Shown here: positions 1-11,529 of the stretch, piece after piece
Layout of the letters: each line of letters begins with the position of its first letter
Numbering within the stretch: the stretch's first letter is position 1
Assembly: GCF_001194135.2 (NCBI RefSeq)
Contig: NC_068990.1
Coordinates: 78,570,139 to 78,634,138, forward strand
Source of the DNA: Octopus bimaculoides
Lineage: Eukaryota
Length of the DNA: 64,000 nt
Reading direction: 5' to 3'
Program-made: the position numbers and the translations under genes
The notes under the pieces: generated by a model
What the model was told of the DNA's origin: nothing
Seen by the model: only the letters and a program-made list of their open reading frames with translations
Database searches by the model: none

Positions 1-75
1 CTCTCTCTTGCTATATATATATATATATATATATTGGAGAGTATTGTAGTTCGCTTGAAGCATTGTGTATTGTTT

Positions 76-296
76 GTAAAGAATAAAAAGTTTAGAATGG
101 TACAACAATGCACTATAATACAAAAAATGGACTATATACCTGTTGTAAAGCAGAGACTCCATCTAAGAAGATCTGAAGAAGGAATTGTAATTCCGAAATA
201 TCATCGGACTAGAGATAACCAAATTACAACAGGCATATAGTCCATTTTTTGTATTATAGTGCATTGTTGTACCATTCAAAACTTTTTATTCTTTAC
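76..296. repeat. Long inverted repeat: 73-bp arms (76-148 / 224-296) around a 75-nt spacer
   Basis: The reverse complement of 224-296 matches 76-148 at 71/73 positions (mismatches at 94/278 and 138/234). Confidence 0.95.
162..213 (+). ncRNA. Candidate minimal type I hammerhead ribozyme (Penelope-like type)
   Basis: CTGAAGA (173-179), extra A180, stem II GGAAT/ATTCC (181-185/190-194), GAAA (195-198), palindromic ATAT in place of helix III, AUC cleavage triplet (200-202). Stem I is gat/atc (170-172/203-205) plus tcta/taga (162-165/210-213) across a 4x4 internal loop. Confidence 0.55.
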
Positions 297-1309
297 GCAC
301 ACACACACACACACATATATCACATATTTATCTGTTGGAGTGATGAGGACTAGCTAGTCATCTTTAGGTGTGACATGAATAAGTTGAAAGTGAAGAAGGT
401 TGCACATCCTCAGCCTCATTCTCTCATCTGTGACTATATTCAATCGAGTGGCAAGGTCAGGTCAAGATGATTGAAGATGGAAATAGATGTAGTGGATGAC
501 TAAGATATCTTGCAGTCTCTGTTAGTCAATCTGCACACGTATTTGTAGATCTGGGTAAGAGTTTTTTCTGAGCAAGACTAGTAGTTGCTCCCACATGCAA
601 ATCCACTGTTTCCACTCCACCAATATCAAAGGGAACGGCTACCAAGATAGGTCTATGAGTACTGCAGTTAAAATGTAAAGGGACAGAAAGATAGCATAAG
701 ACATCTCATTAAACTCTTTTAACACTGTCCTCAACCTATTGGTCTGGGTTGATAGTTTTTCTCAATTCCAAAAGGATGAAGGACAAAATTGAGCTTGGAA
801 GGAGCACCAAGACTCAGAACGAATATCGAAAGACTTTCTCTCCAATTCTCTAAGGATTTTCCTAACTTGCTGTTTTAAACATGTTTAATTAACAAACATT
901 TGAAATGACCTGAAGTGATTAGCTAAAAATATTTTGTGGACACAGGCATTGAGGAAGAAGAGTTACAACATTAGTCAAAAGCAATGAATTCTGGGAGGCC
1001 CAAGTGTGTGGAATGACACTAGCGTGGTTGAGTAGACGGTAATCATACTAATGGCATCTTCTTCGGGCAAATAAATTTATAAACAACAAGAACTATAATG
1101 AACATTAGTGAAACAGTTTCACTGGGAACAGAAAATGGTTAATGGACTCATTTTGCCGAGATGTTAATCACCAGGGCAGGCAATACTTTAGATAATAGAC
1201 CAGATATTAGGTGTTTACATTACTGGGATGGGTAGCCATGTTAATTAGTTGCAGTATAATTAATTGTCCTGGAATGAAGTTTATACCACAATATGTACAA
1301 CCTATCTTT

Positions 1310-1340
<31 letters not shown>

Positions 1341-1552
1341 AGGAAACAGTCTTGCACAAACACACAGAGTCAATTAGCTATGCATATATACACATACACT
1401 CAAACATATACATATACACACACATACAAACACACAACACCAGGCACACGCACAAACATAGAAATACACATATGCACACAAGCACTCATATACATACACA
1501 TAAATACACACTGAGACAAACAAGAATGAATGGATGCGTGTACATGTATATT

Positions 1553-1599
<47 letters not shown>

Positions 1600-2284
1600 A
1601 CATATATACACGAACATGCATAAAGAAAGAAGAATATATACAGAGAACTTTACATAAAAACAAGCAGGCTGATCCCCACCCCCAGACAAGTAGGTACACA
1701 CACACATACACACCCACATAAAAGAAAACACACAAACACACACACACACTCACGAACCATGTTAAAGAGAACCTCAATGTAGAGTTATGTCAGTGAAGTT
1801 ACTAAACTCCACCGTCACCACCACTTATGTGTGATGGAACTTCTCACTTCACAGAGCCAGGAGAGAGAGAGAGGGAGAGAGAGTTAATGGCAATTGTAGG
1901 TCAATGTTGTTGTTTGATCAGATCTACAATCAAAGACATTCCAACCTTGACCATCCCAACCTTTTACAAGTTTACCTAGCATTAGGTTATCCAAAATCTC
2001 CTTTTCTTTTCCAACAAGTTGATTAGGAATTGAGAGAAATTTGGCTGTTATTTCTTGCAGATTGAGTGGTCACAAAGCAGTCTCCCTTGCTGGCTCCTCC
2101 TGTTGGTTTGACGACACTGATATAGGTGGTGTATGGCATGTAGTGGAGGTGGGGTCAGACAGGGTGTAATGGGGTTTAAATTATTGATCCCTGAAAGAAC
2201 CCAACACAGGTACATTAAAGGAAAATCCAAACTAATAAATGCAACATACAAAGTTTTCTACTGATTCGATTGTAACCACTAATA

Positions 2285-2470
2285 ATAAGAATCCTTGGTA
2301 CTCTAGGCCTAAAATTTTGCAGGGGGAGGGGCAGTCAATTACATTACGTTATTTTATTGGCCCCAAAAGGATGAAAGGCAGTTAACCTTAGAGGAATTTG
2401 AATTTAGAATGTAAAGATGGACAAAATGCCACAAAATGTTCAGGATACAATTCTGCCAGCTTGCCACCTT
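2285..2470 (-). mobile_element. tRNA-derived SINE, family B (head GGCGAGCTGGCAGAATCGTTAG)
   Basis: Reverse complement matches the better copies at 24775-24986 and 25573-25790, including the GCCTTTCATCC central motif. That motif resembles the Sauria/MetaSINE central domain (recalled, unverified). Confidence 0.7.
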
Positions 2471-2535
2471 AATGATAATTATGATAATGATAATTATGAT
2501 AATGATAATTATGATAATGATAATTATGATAATTA
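2471..2535. repeat. Higher-order (ATAATGATAATT)n microsatellite
   Basis: About five 12-bp units derived from TAA/TGA triplets. Confidence 0.9.
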
Positions 2536-2539
2536 AAAA

Positions 2540-3495
2540 GCACAACTAACTAAAAAAAATATAACCAAACAAACCAGCCTATAATGCACTAAAGAGAGAG
2601 ATTGGTGTGAAAACCACTGCATGGCAAATACCCAATTAGAACCAGGGACCCAGACCAAACCCTTACCCCTCAATAGCTGACATGCTCTGGTCTCAAATCA
2701 GAAACTGAGGGGTATATATCACTGCTGCTCAGGATCGGTTCCTTCCAACTAGGAATTACCAGAGTAATGTTCTGAGACATGAAAGTAGCCCAACATGTTG
2801 CATATGTAGAGAACATTCAGAGACAACTGACCTCATAATCTCTGAATGCAGCTGACAAGCATCAACAGAGACATGATAGGATATAGTTATTTGGTCAACA
2901 TGCTACTCATACAACCTCCATCACAAAGAGAATTGGTGGGAGCATAAACCATCACATGTTGTGCAGAATGGCTGAAGTTATCATCCTTTGGAATATCAGT
3001 GTCCAGACTGATTGGGGAAATGAATCAGATATCGTTGTGAAAAATCATGTTGTAAAGACTTGTTTTTTGTTTGATGTTGCAGCCCCAATTGACAAAAAAA
3101 CATTTGAAAAATTGAGCAAATATAAGGACTTAGAGACTAAAACTGGAAGAATGCGGCATCTCAAAGCAACAACATAGTTATTGGGGCACTTGGAATAATA
3201 CCAAAAGGAGCAAACAGATATAAAGACCAAATTGTGAATTGCAAAAGATCATACTTATGGGTACCTCACATAACTTATGTCAATTTCTCTCCATCTCAGC
3301 ACAATTTTAGTCATTCATTTATATTTATATTTATAAAAATGAATAACATTTTTTCTCATGACACACATCAATTTTTCAATTACATGGCACCTCATCTATT
3401 TTGCATCTTTAGATTCAAAAACTTGTTCCTTGACACTTCTAGTTAAGATATGGGTGCAACTCAGACAAATCAAAGCAAAGGCAAAACGTAATAAT
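2540..3495 (+). mobile_element. 3' fragment of an R4/Dong-clade LINE (zinc knuckle + restriction-like endonuclease + 3' UTR), decayed
   Basis: Translations include KPLHGKYPIR, TAAQDRFLPTRNYQ and CCICREHSETTDLIISEC (degenerate CCHC). ORF 2956-3177 reads ILWNISVQTD..SDIVV..FDVAAP..EKLSKYKDL, followed by VIGALG. Ends in a TAA-type tail. Confidence 0.8.
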
Positions 3496-3690
3496 AAGAA
3501 TAATCCTTTCTACTACAGGCACAAGGCCAGCAATTTTGAGGGAGGAGTGTCAGTTACATTATCCCTGTGCCACACTGGTACTTATTTTATTAACCATAAA
3601 TGTTATAATAGGTTAAACTGACCTCAGTGGCATTTGAACCAAGAACATAAAAACCCAGAAAAAATGCTGCCTAGCATTTTGCCCAATGAA
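3496..3690 (-). mobile_element. SINE family B, decayed
   Basis: Tail cctttctactacaggcacaaggcc and body match the other family B copies. Confidence 0.7.
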
Positions 3691-4702
3691 GAATAATGAT
3701 GATTATGATGATGATGATGATGATAAGAGTGAAGAAAAGACATACACTGAAAATGCAGACTGGATAAGAGACACCGAAGGATCCTACAAAAATTTACCAG
3801 AACAAGGATGGGAAGACATCACAACAGCAGAACTAAGAATGACACTCATGAGTGGAAATTCCCTGATAATGACAGGGTGTCAAACTTCTGGCTGGCATCA
3901 CGTGCGCACACAAAGAGTTCAGTTATTCAATGAAATTATGAGAGATCCTACAAAACACTTGAGAGTTATTACTTACCAACTCGTGAAGAATAATGAAACC
4001 AAATTTCCCCAAAACTATCAGCCCATAATATGTCTGTCTACCATGCATAAAATTTCAACATCAATCCTCATGGAGACAACATACAAGTTTAAGGAACAGA
4101 ACAATATTTTCCACAATGAACAAAAAGGGTGTCAACGAGGCTCATATGGATGCAAAGACCAACTCTTAATCAATCGTATGATCCTTAAGAACTGCCATAA
4201 CAAATGCAGAAATCTCAATTCCACATGGATTGACTATAAAAAGGCCTTTGACAGCATACCACATTCATGGATCTTGAAATCCCTGGATATCTTCAAAATT
4301 TCTCCTGTGATTTCAAACTTCCTGAAGCACATGTCAGTGCGGAATATGTTATACCACTCTAATGGAGTAGTGACCACAAAAAATATTAATATCAACTGTG
4401 GCACTTTCCAAAGTGACTCACTTTCACCTCTAATTTTTTGCATAGCCCTAATATCCCTTAAAAGTGAACTTAACAGAACAGGGTATGGGTATAAAACTGG
4501 TGACAAGAACATAAGCCATCTATTTTATATGAATGACTTAGAACTCTATGGCAAAGACAATAATAAGCTTGAAGGACTACTATGTACAGTGAAAGTATTC
4601 AGTGATGACAGTGGGATGAAATTTGGTCTTGATAAATGTGCCAAGGCCACTTTCCAGAAAGGGAAATTAAAGACCTCACATTCAGTAGTGTTTAGATGTT
4701 GA
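3686..4702 (+). pseudogene. Reverse transcriptase ORF remnant of the R4/Dong LINE
   Basis: NYQPIICL, EQKGC..GSYGCKDQLLI, WIDYKKAFDSIPH, GTFQSDSLSP, HLFYMNDLELY (YxDD mutated to YMND), GMKFGLDKCA. The first about 14 codons are microsatellite-derived. Confidence 0.9.
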
Positions 4703-5548
4703 CACAGTTATAAAGGAATTCGAACAGGAACAAACTTACAAATACCTCAGAATAAATTAGGGCTCTGGCATTCAGCATGCAAGCACAAAGGAGAAGATCA
4801 GGAAGGAATGTTACAGGAGAGTTCGAGCAGTCCTAAAATCTGAGTTAAATGCACGTAACAAGGTGTTAGCAAATTGTACAAGCACCACCCTGAGGCTGTA
4901 ACTGAGGGAGAAAATGTAATGACTCTTTAGGACTTCCCAATAGGTACAGACCAGACCATGAAGGCAAATAAACCAGATATCGTTGGGAATGACCAAAACA
5001 ATAAAGTCTGTTTATTGATTGACATGAGCAAACCCTGTGAGCATAATATCTCGGCAAAAGAATTTGATAAGCTCAGAAAATATAAAGATTTGCTAATTGA
5101 AATCGAAAAAATGTGGCGTCTCAGGACGGTTACAATACCAGTGATTGTAGGTGCACTTGGAACCTTCAAAAAAGGAACTGAAAATTATTTAAGAATGATC
5201 CCTGGTTTACCATCCATGCAGGAAGTACAAAAGATTGTCTTAACTTGCTTACATCACACATACTGAGAAGAACATTGTCACTGTGAATTTTCTTTCCTTT
5301 TTTTACCCTTTATTTTCTTTGTTTATTTTTTAATATTTTTTATTTTTTCCTTTTTCTCTTTGTCTTTCTCCCATTTTTTCCCTATCACATGACTTTGTAA
5401 ATGAACAATCTGGTGTATTTATTTTAATGCCCTACCAATGTATGCAGTGAGTTTCTCTGCCTTAGGCGTCAAGGAAGACACTCGGCAAGAAATGGAAACA
5501 AGATTAAAAGAAGAGGATAATAATAATAATGATAAAAATAATAATAAT
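3728..5548 (+). mobile_element. 5'-truncated, internally deleted R4/Dong-clade LINE
   Basis: RT region, then the post-RT segment KEKIRKECYRRVRAVLKSELNARNK, then a jump near 4880 to the RLE domain with no zinc knuckle. An AT-rich 3' UTR and a (TAA)n tail (about 5518-5550) follow. Confidence 0.92.
4958..5266 (+). pseudogene. Restriction-like endonuclease (PD-(D/E)xK) remnant of the R4/Dong LINE
   Basis: ANKPDIV..CLLIDMSKP..KEFDKLRKYKDL..VIVGALG. Confidence 0.88.
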
Positions 5549-5550
5549 AA

Positions 5551-5748
5551 CCCTTTCTACTATAGGCACAAGGCCTGAAATTTGAGAGGAGGGGACTAGT
5601 TGATTGCATCAACCTAAACGTTTAACTAATACCTATTTTATTGGCCCTAAAAGGATGAAAGGCAAATTTGGCCTCAGCAGAATTTGAGCTCAGAACATGA
5701 TGGGCAAAATGGTGCTAACGATTCTACCAGCTCACCATAAAGAAAGAG
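5551..5748 (-). mobile_element. SINE family B
   Basis: Tail-to-head match to family B; shares its TAA tract with the Dong tail. Confidence 0.8.
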
Positions 5749-5769
5749 AGATACTAAAAGACAAAAGGA

Positions 5770-6002
5770 GTATATCAAAGTAATAGAAAGGGGAAAGAAC
5801 TGAGAGAAAAGGGAAGAGTTATAAAACAGAAGAAATGATAAACTGATTGAGAGAGAAGAGAGAGAGGAAGAGAAACAGAGGACAAGAGAGAGAGAGAGAG
5901 AGAGAGAGAGGGGGAGAGAGAGGAAGAGAGCGAAGTGAGAAGGAAAGAGGGAAGAGAAATAGAGGAAGTGAGAGAGAGAGAGAGAGAGGGGGGGAGGGAG
6001 TA
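5770..6002. repeat. (GA)n-rich low-complexity tract
   Basis: Visible GA/AG repeats that explain the S/L-rich spurious ORFs. Confidence 0.9.
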
Positions 6003-6120
6003 GTTGAAATATAATAAGTGACCATCAAAATAAAGTAAAAAAAATCTCATCATGTTACAAATATAAATAAATTAGATAAGAAGATGAAATGGTTATATTT
6101 AAGCAGCACTGCACCTATGG

Positions 6121-6169
<49 letters not shown>

Positions 6170-6349
6170 CATACTGCATACTTGTCAGCAGTTGTGATGT
6201 TAACATTGTTTGTTGCCCATTATGACTGGATGTCAACTGGAAGACAATCTGACGGTAAAATCCGTCATAAATAACAACTCTCAAAAAAGAAAAAAGAAAA
6301 GAATGGATGTTAAATGTTGGTTGGCCTGAGATCATAGCATAAGGTGGCA

Positions 6350-6413
6350 TGCAGTGAGAGAGAACATGAAACTATGTGGTTGGGAAGCAAACTTCTTACG
6401 ACACAGCCACACC
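6350..6413 (-). mobile_element. Head fragment of SINE family A
   Basis: Reverse complement of the GGCTGTGT..AAGAAGTTTGCTTCCCAACCAC head seen at 24110 and 32588. Confidence 0.65.
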
Positions 6414-6548
6414 NNNNNNNNNNNNNNNNNNNNNNNNGGGGGGGGGGGAGGGGACTCTTTTGAAGTTACAAACTTAAACATATATTAGTATGCATAAAGC
6501 ATGGTTGCTTCCGAAAGAATAAAAGGAAGAAGAGGACATACTACTCAC

Positions 6549-6601
6549 CGTTGTGCTCAGTCATACATCAACACACACACATAAATATATCTGTTAATCT
6601 C
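6549..6601 (-). other. Candidate 53-nt non-coding exon
   Basis: Minus strand reads ctactcactgttgcAG|GAGATT...CAACG|GTGAGT. No plausible reading frame, and no transcript evidence is available. Confidence 0.3.
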
Positions 6602-7049
6602 CTGCAACAGTGAGTAGAGGCCAGGTAAAAAAGTCTCCTCTTCATTATCATTTTTGAAATAGTAAAGCACGTCTATAGGTTCCACATTATTAGCTGTACG
6701 CTCATGAGTTCACTTCCCACAATAGACATTATTCTGGGTCTCCTGGACATGAGCAGCAGACTCATCAAGGAAAGAAACATTACTGTCTACACAAATTAAT
6801 TAAAAGAATCACTAACTGAATGACAACTGAAAATTGTTTATGAAGGGAAACAGATTCAATTGGCAAAGGGGAGAAACCGATGCGTTACATGATCCAGATT
6901 TCAGTTGGCAACGTTCTGGGTTCAAATGAAACAGGTTTAATGTAGAACTGCTTAGCTTTGTTAATAAAAATAATTCGGGAGATGAAAGGCAGTTTTATAT
7001 TTCAATGAATGAAAACAAAGTTTGAATTTCAACTCAGTCATCTACCACC

Positions 7050-7094
<45 letters not shown>

Positions 7095-7900
7095 GAAAAC
7101 CAGATTAAGTACTGAACTCCTGGTTAACAAGATTAAGAGTTCATATTCTGTTGCCTTCTGTGGAATATTAATTAGACTTCATTAAGCAGTAATCATGGAG
7201 ATACAAAGTAAGAAAGAAACTGAAGCAGAAGTAAAACAAGCTGCGTTAACAACATATTTGAGGGAACGTTCTAAATAAGTGAACCAAAGAAACTGTAGTA
7301 GTAGTAGTAGTAGTAGTAGAGCTAATGGTGGTGTTGGTGGAGGTGGTGTCAATATTTCTGAATGAAAGATAATTGTCCAATCCAAGTTGTCTATGTTAAG
7401 AGTGCTGGTAGTAATGATGATGATGATGATGATGAAAAGAAGAAAGACTTGTTTTATTGAAGCATTGGGGTGACTAAAACCTGGAACACAGAAAGAATGA
7501 CACAGTGTTGCTTTATGTGTGTCAGAGGGGGAGAGAGAGAGAGAGAGAGAGAAAGAGATGGACAAAGAGAGAGAGATAGAGAGGCAGAAACAGAGAGAGT
7601 GGGAGAAACAGAGACCTAATTTCCTAGTTTCAGTAAACACTAGCAGGATTTAAATACACAACAACAACAACAATACTGATTTCTAAGAAAGGCTACCTAT
7701 ATTGAATGAAGATCTAGTTGAGTATATCAAACCTATTAGTTTACTGGTATACACTTTATCAGCCCAAGAAAAGTAAAAGACTTTGAGCCAGAATTGAACA
7801 GACTAAATACTAGAAGACATTTTGTCAGCTGACTTTCTGTCTCTGATATTGCCCTAATAACAATACTACTACTGTTGATAATAATAATAACAATAATAAC

Positions 7901-8065
7901 AATAATGGTTTCAAATTTTCACATTGACTCCAGTATTTGACTGGTATTTTATTTTATTGACCCAGAAAGTACGAAAGGCAAAACCCACTTTGTTAGGATT
8001 TTAACTCAGAACACAATGAGTTGAAATAAGCAAAATTGCAGGACACTCTAACAATTCGGCCACAT
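7901..8065 (-). mobile_element. SINE family B, decayed
   Basis: gaaaggca..actcagaac motifs following a TAA/CAA tract. Confidence 0.55.
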
Positions 8066-8080
8066 CATTAACCAATAATA

Positions 8081-8112
<32 letters not shown>

Positions 8113-8419
8113 ATTTTCTTTAGACATTTGCAAGACCAAAATTTGCAATTCAAATCACAAGAAGAACAAGACATCACATCATTTGTGCATGGGATCATTT
8201 GCTTCAATGAAGTGGAATAACTTTAACAGGAATGGAAACTTATCTCTGGCTCTTTTGATCTTCTTCATGATAATTTATAGCTTTCAGTCAAGGCGACAGA
8301 TATATAGAGAAGGGAGTATTTTATGAAAAAATGGGTCCAGACAGATGGTAACATTTCACTGTTGGATGCATGTCTTCATATTTCAAGGGGATTTATTAAC
8401 ACTAACTCATTAACACTAT

Positions 8420-8990
8420 TATTCTATGTGGCAGATGTGCAAGAACAAAAAGCACCAGGAGCACATGGGATTTAGATTCTCTCAAATGCCCAGGAGGCTC
8501 TCTTGAGGTTGTAGATAGTTCCTGTTACCGAGGTCAGGGGTTTTCAAACTGTGGTCCGTGGACCACAGGGGGTTCGTAGACAGCAAATATGGGCAATTTG
8601 ATTTTATATGTTTTTTAATCGAAATCTTTTAATTGACAATAAACCTATTTGTTAAATACTGTTAAATAAATAAATGTAAAAATATATGTTATTTTAAGCA
8701 AATATTTATGTATAAATTTCATAAGCATTTATAAGGGGGTCCCCAAGGTAAAGCCTGAAATATAAAGGGGTCCGCAAGTCAAAAAGTTTGAAAACCCCTG
8801 ACCTAGGTGACCAAATTAGCAATGGTAGAAGATGTTCTGAAAGTATTGTTGCTAGAATAAGAATTGGATGGAAGAGGTTCAGAGAGCTATTATCTCTGTT
8901 GGCAACAAAAGAACTCTCTCTCTCAGAGTGAAAGGTAGACTATAAGATGCTTGTGTATGAACAGCTATACTCCATGGTAGTGAGACATGT
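8420..8990 (+). mobile_element. Decayed RTE-clade LINE fragment (end of RT and thumb), interrupted by a hAT MITE
   Basis: LCGRCA, LEVVDS..YLG|DQISNG..SESIVARIRIGWKRFRELLSLLATK..RVKGRL..HGSET. Homologous to 63780-64000. Confidence 0.8.
8535..8800. mobile_element. hAT-superfamily MITE
   Basis: Perfect 16-bp TIRs CAGGGGTTTTCAAACT / AGTTTGAAAACCCCTG; 8-bp TSD ACCGAGGT (8527-8534) vs ACCTAGGT (8801-8808). Confidence 0.9.
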
Positions 8991-8998
8991 TGGTGTTG

Positions 8999-9035
8999 CC
9001 TTGGCAGAGGTTTGCACTCTCTGAGTGCTCTTGTT
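8999..9035 (+). mobile_element. Possible 3' end of a Helentron-associated non-autonomous element
   Basis: CCTTGGCAGAGG (subTIR-like) followed by the hairpin GCACTC-tct-GAGTGC. The arrangement is recalled from fish/mollusc elements, and no matching 5' subTIR was found. Confidence 0.3.
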
Positions 9036-9224
9036 AATAATGATTTAAGTTATTTAAAGTTGTTGCACACAATTTTCACACCCTGAACACTGTCCTGCTA
9101 TGTTCTAAGTCTCCACCTACAACCAACAGTAGTACTACCACTACTACTATGACCACCACCACAACAACTACAGCTACTATCCCAACATTCACAACAACAC
9201 CACCAATAAAGGATACCTCCACCA

Positions 9225-9435
9225 CCATTACCATGAACAAGATGAACCAACAAAGGATCCTGCAGGTGGTTGCTCGGCCTTCTAGAAAAGGCAACCAAAT
9301 CCCTCTCAAACCCCTCTCTACCATCATAAAAAGGAATGCATTGAATCCTTTGGTTACAGGAAAGGGCTGTTGTTCTATCTTTGATCATTTATACTTGTTC
9401 AGGGATGACCTGAGGTTAAACAACAACAACAACAA
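9225..9435 (+). mobile_element. Old interspersed repeat, family E (AAC tail)
   Basis: Shares ctagaaa..gc..ccaaatc.c.ctcaaa with copies near 10140, 10320 and 61700, and on the minus strand near 2040, 12710, 14330 and 33440. Ends ggttaaacaacaacaac. Confidence 0.5.
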
Positions 9436-10380
9436 GCCACCACCATTGTTTCAACAAGGAAGCTTTTAGCCTGTATATGGATACTCAGATTGCTAGAAAT
9501 AGCTACCATGACAGCCTTAAAACTATATTGAAAAGAGACAATTGGAAGAGGAGGAGGAGGGGTTAAACAACATTCCCATCGTTACCATAACAACAGAAAA
9601 CTGTCACCAAAACCAATTTTTGGGACAAACTCTGTAAATATTTATGTCAAGACAGCAGGGTCACAGAAACATTTAACCAACTCTACCAATGTGTGAGGGA
9701 GGGCGAGAGATAATGGGTGTGTATGAGAGGAAGAGAGAGACAGCATGTTTGTGTCAGAGAGAGAGAGAGAGAAAGAAGAGGTAGAAGGAAAGAAATCCTC
9801 CATCACCCCAGGTCACACATTTAACAAGAACCATTTGTTCAGAGAAAAGATAGAGTAAGACTTACAAAACACACACACTTGTCTGTCTGTATAAAGAGAC
9901 AATAGCACACACCCATCATTATACAGGCATCTGTGTACACACACACACACACATTTCTCTGTACACAGAAGAATCCCATATGTTGGCCAAGAAGTCTGAC
10001 AGGTTGTGTAAGAATGAGGGTGGGGGTGGAAATAGGAAGAAATGATGTTCATGCATTTCCATCAGCAATATGAATGAAATAAAATTTGAAATCCAAAATT
10101 TGGAGTCTCCCTCCATCTAACCATCATGAAATGATGTTGCTCAACATGCTAGAAACAACAGCCAAATCTCCTTGAAATCATAACAACACTCTTAAACAAA
10201 GAAAGATGCATTGAATAATACAGTCCCTTATAGACAAAGAGGTCATGGTTGAAAGTTCTTTGCTCACTTAGAACTGATCGAAGACTAAACAAAGCCAATG
10301 ACGATGCCTCTACATAGATGCTCAACATGCTAGAAATAGAAGCAAATCTCTCAAATTATTTTATTGTTTTTAACCTTTTT

Positions 10381-11063
10381 GTTGCCATATGCCAGTACCG
10401 CCTGACTGGCCATCGTAGGATTTTCGAGCGAGATCGTTGCCAGTGCCCCTGGACTAGCTCTTGTGCGGGTGGCACATAAAATACACCATTTTGAGCGTGG
10501 CCGTTGCCAGTACCACCTGACTGGCCTTCGTAGGATTTTCGAGCGAGATCGTTGTCAGTGCCCCTGGACTGGCTCTTGAGCGGGTGGCACATAAAATACA
10601 CCATTTTGAGCGTGGCCGTTGCCAGTACCGCCTGACTGGCCTTCATAGGATTTTCGAGCGAGATCGTTGTCAGTACCCCTGGACTGGCTCTTGAGCGGGT
10701 GGCACATAAAATACACCNNNNNNNNNNCCAGTACCGCCTGACTGGCCATCGTAGGATTTTCGAGCGAGATCGTTGCCAGTGCCCCTGGACTAGCTCTTGT
10801 GCGGGTGGCACATAAAATACACCATTTTGAGCGTGGCCGTTGCCAGTACCGCCTGACTGGCCTTCGTGCGGGTGACACATAAAAGCACCCACTACACTCT
10901 CTGAGTGGTTGGCGTTAGGAAGGGCATCCAGCTGTAGAAACTCTGCCAAATCAGATTGGAGCCTGGTGTAGCCATCTGGTTTCACCAGTCCTCAGTCAAA
11001 TCGTCCAACCCATGCTAGCATGGAAAGCGGACGTTAAACGATGATGATGATGATGATGATGAT
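10381..11063 (+). mobile_element. 3' UTR fragment of an RTE LINE with (GAT)n tail
   Basis: Nearly identical to the 3' UTR that follows the RTE ORF end at 20480-20926; ends GGAAAGCGGACGTTAAAC(GAT)n. Confidence 0.88.
10392..10865 (+). repeat. 115-bp tandem repeat within the RTE 3' UTR
   Basis: Units start at 10392, 10507, 10622, 10728 (after a gap) and 10843. Confidence 0.92.
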
Positions 11064-11529
11064 TTCTGTTGCGGATAATTTTGAAAATAATGAAGAACTT
11101 TATGAAATAATTATCTTTATGAAGCAAATGTCTGGGACAGGAATCAACCGAAAATTTTGATAGAAGGTTTTAATTTAAATAATTCTAAAACAAGAAATTT
11201 GAAACATAGAACCAAGGGTGGTCTTGGGTGGGTTGGTCTCAAAAGTGTTAAAGAAAATGTGGTTGTGTGGGTGAAGTGTGTCTAGGGTAAAAGATAGGTA
11301 GGGCATGGCTGGAAAGTATTTTTTGATCACAAGTCTATTCAAAGAAGGCTGGTTTAGGGCTAAATAACAACTTTATAGATCCAACTGAAGAGATCTGATA
11401 TCCTACCCAAACAGGGGTACAGTCTGTTCTGGGATACTTCACTCTACTTCCTCTCCATCTTTAGCAACAGGAGATCTAACACAATGCAATAACAATTGAA
11501 GTTTGGTAAGAATTGAAGCCATTGTGGCT

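Noticed and set aside
9149-9469. 106-aa Thr-rich ORF
   Set aside because: It is an ACC/ACT microsatellite fused to a family E repeat, with no splice or homology support.
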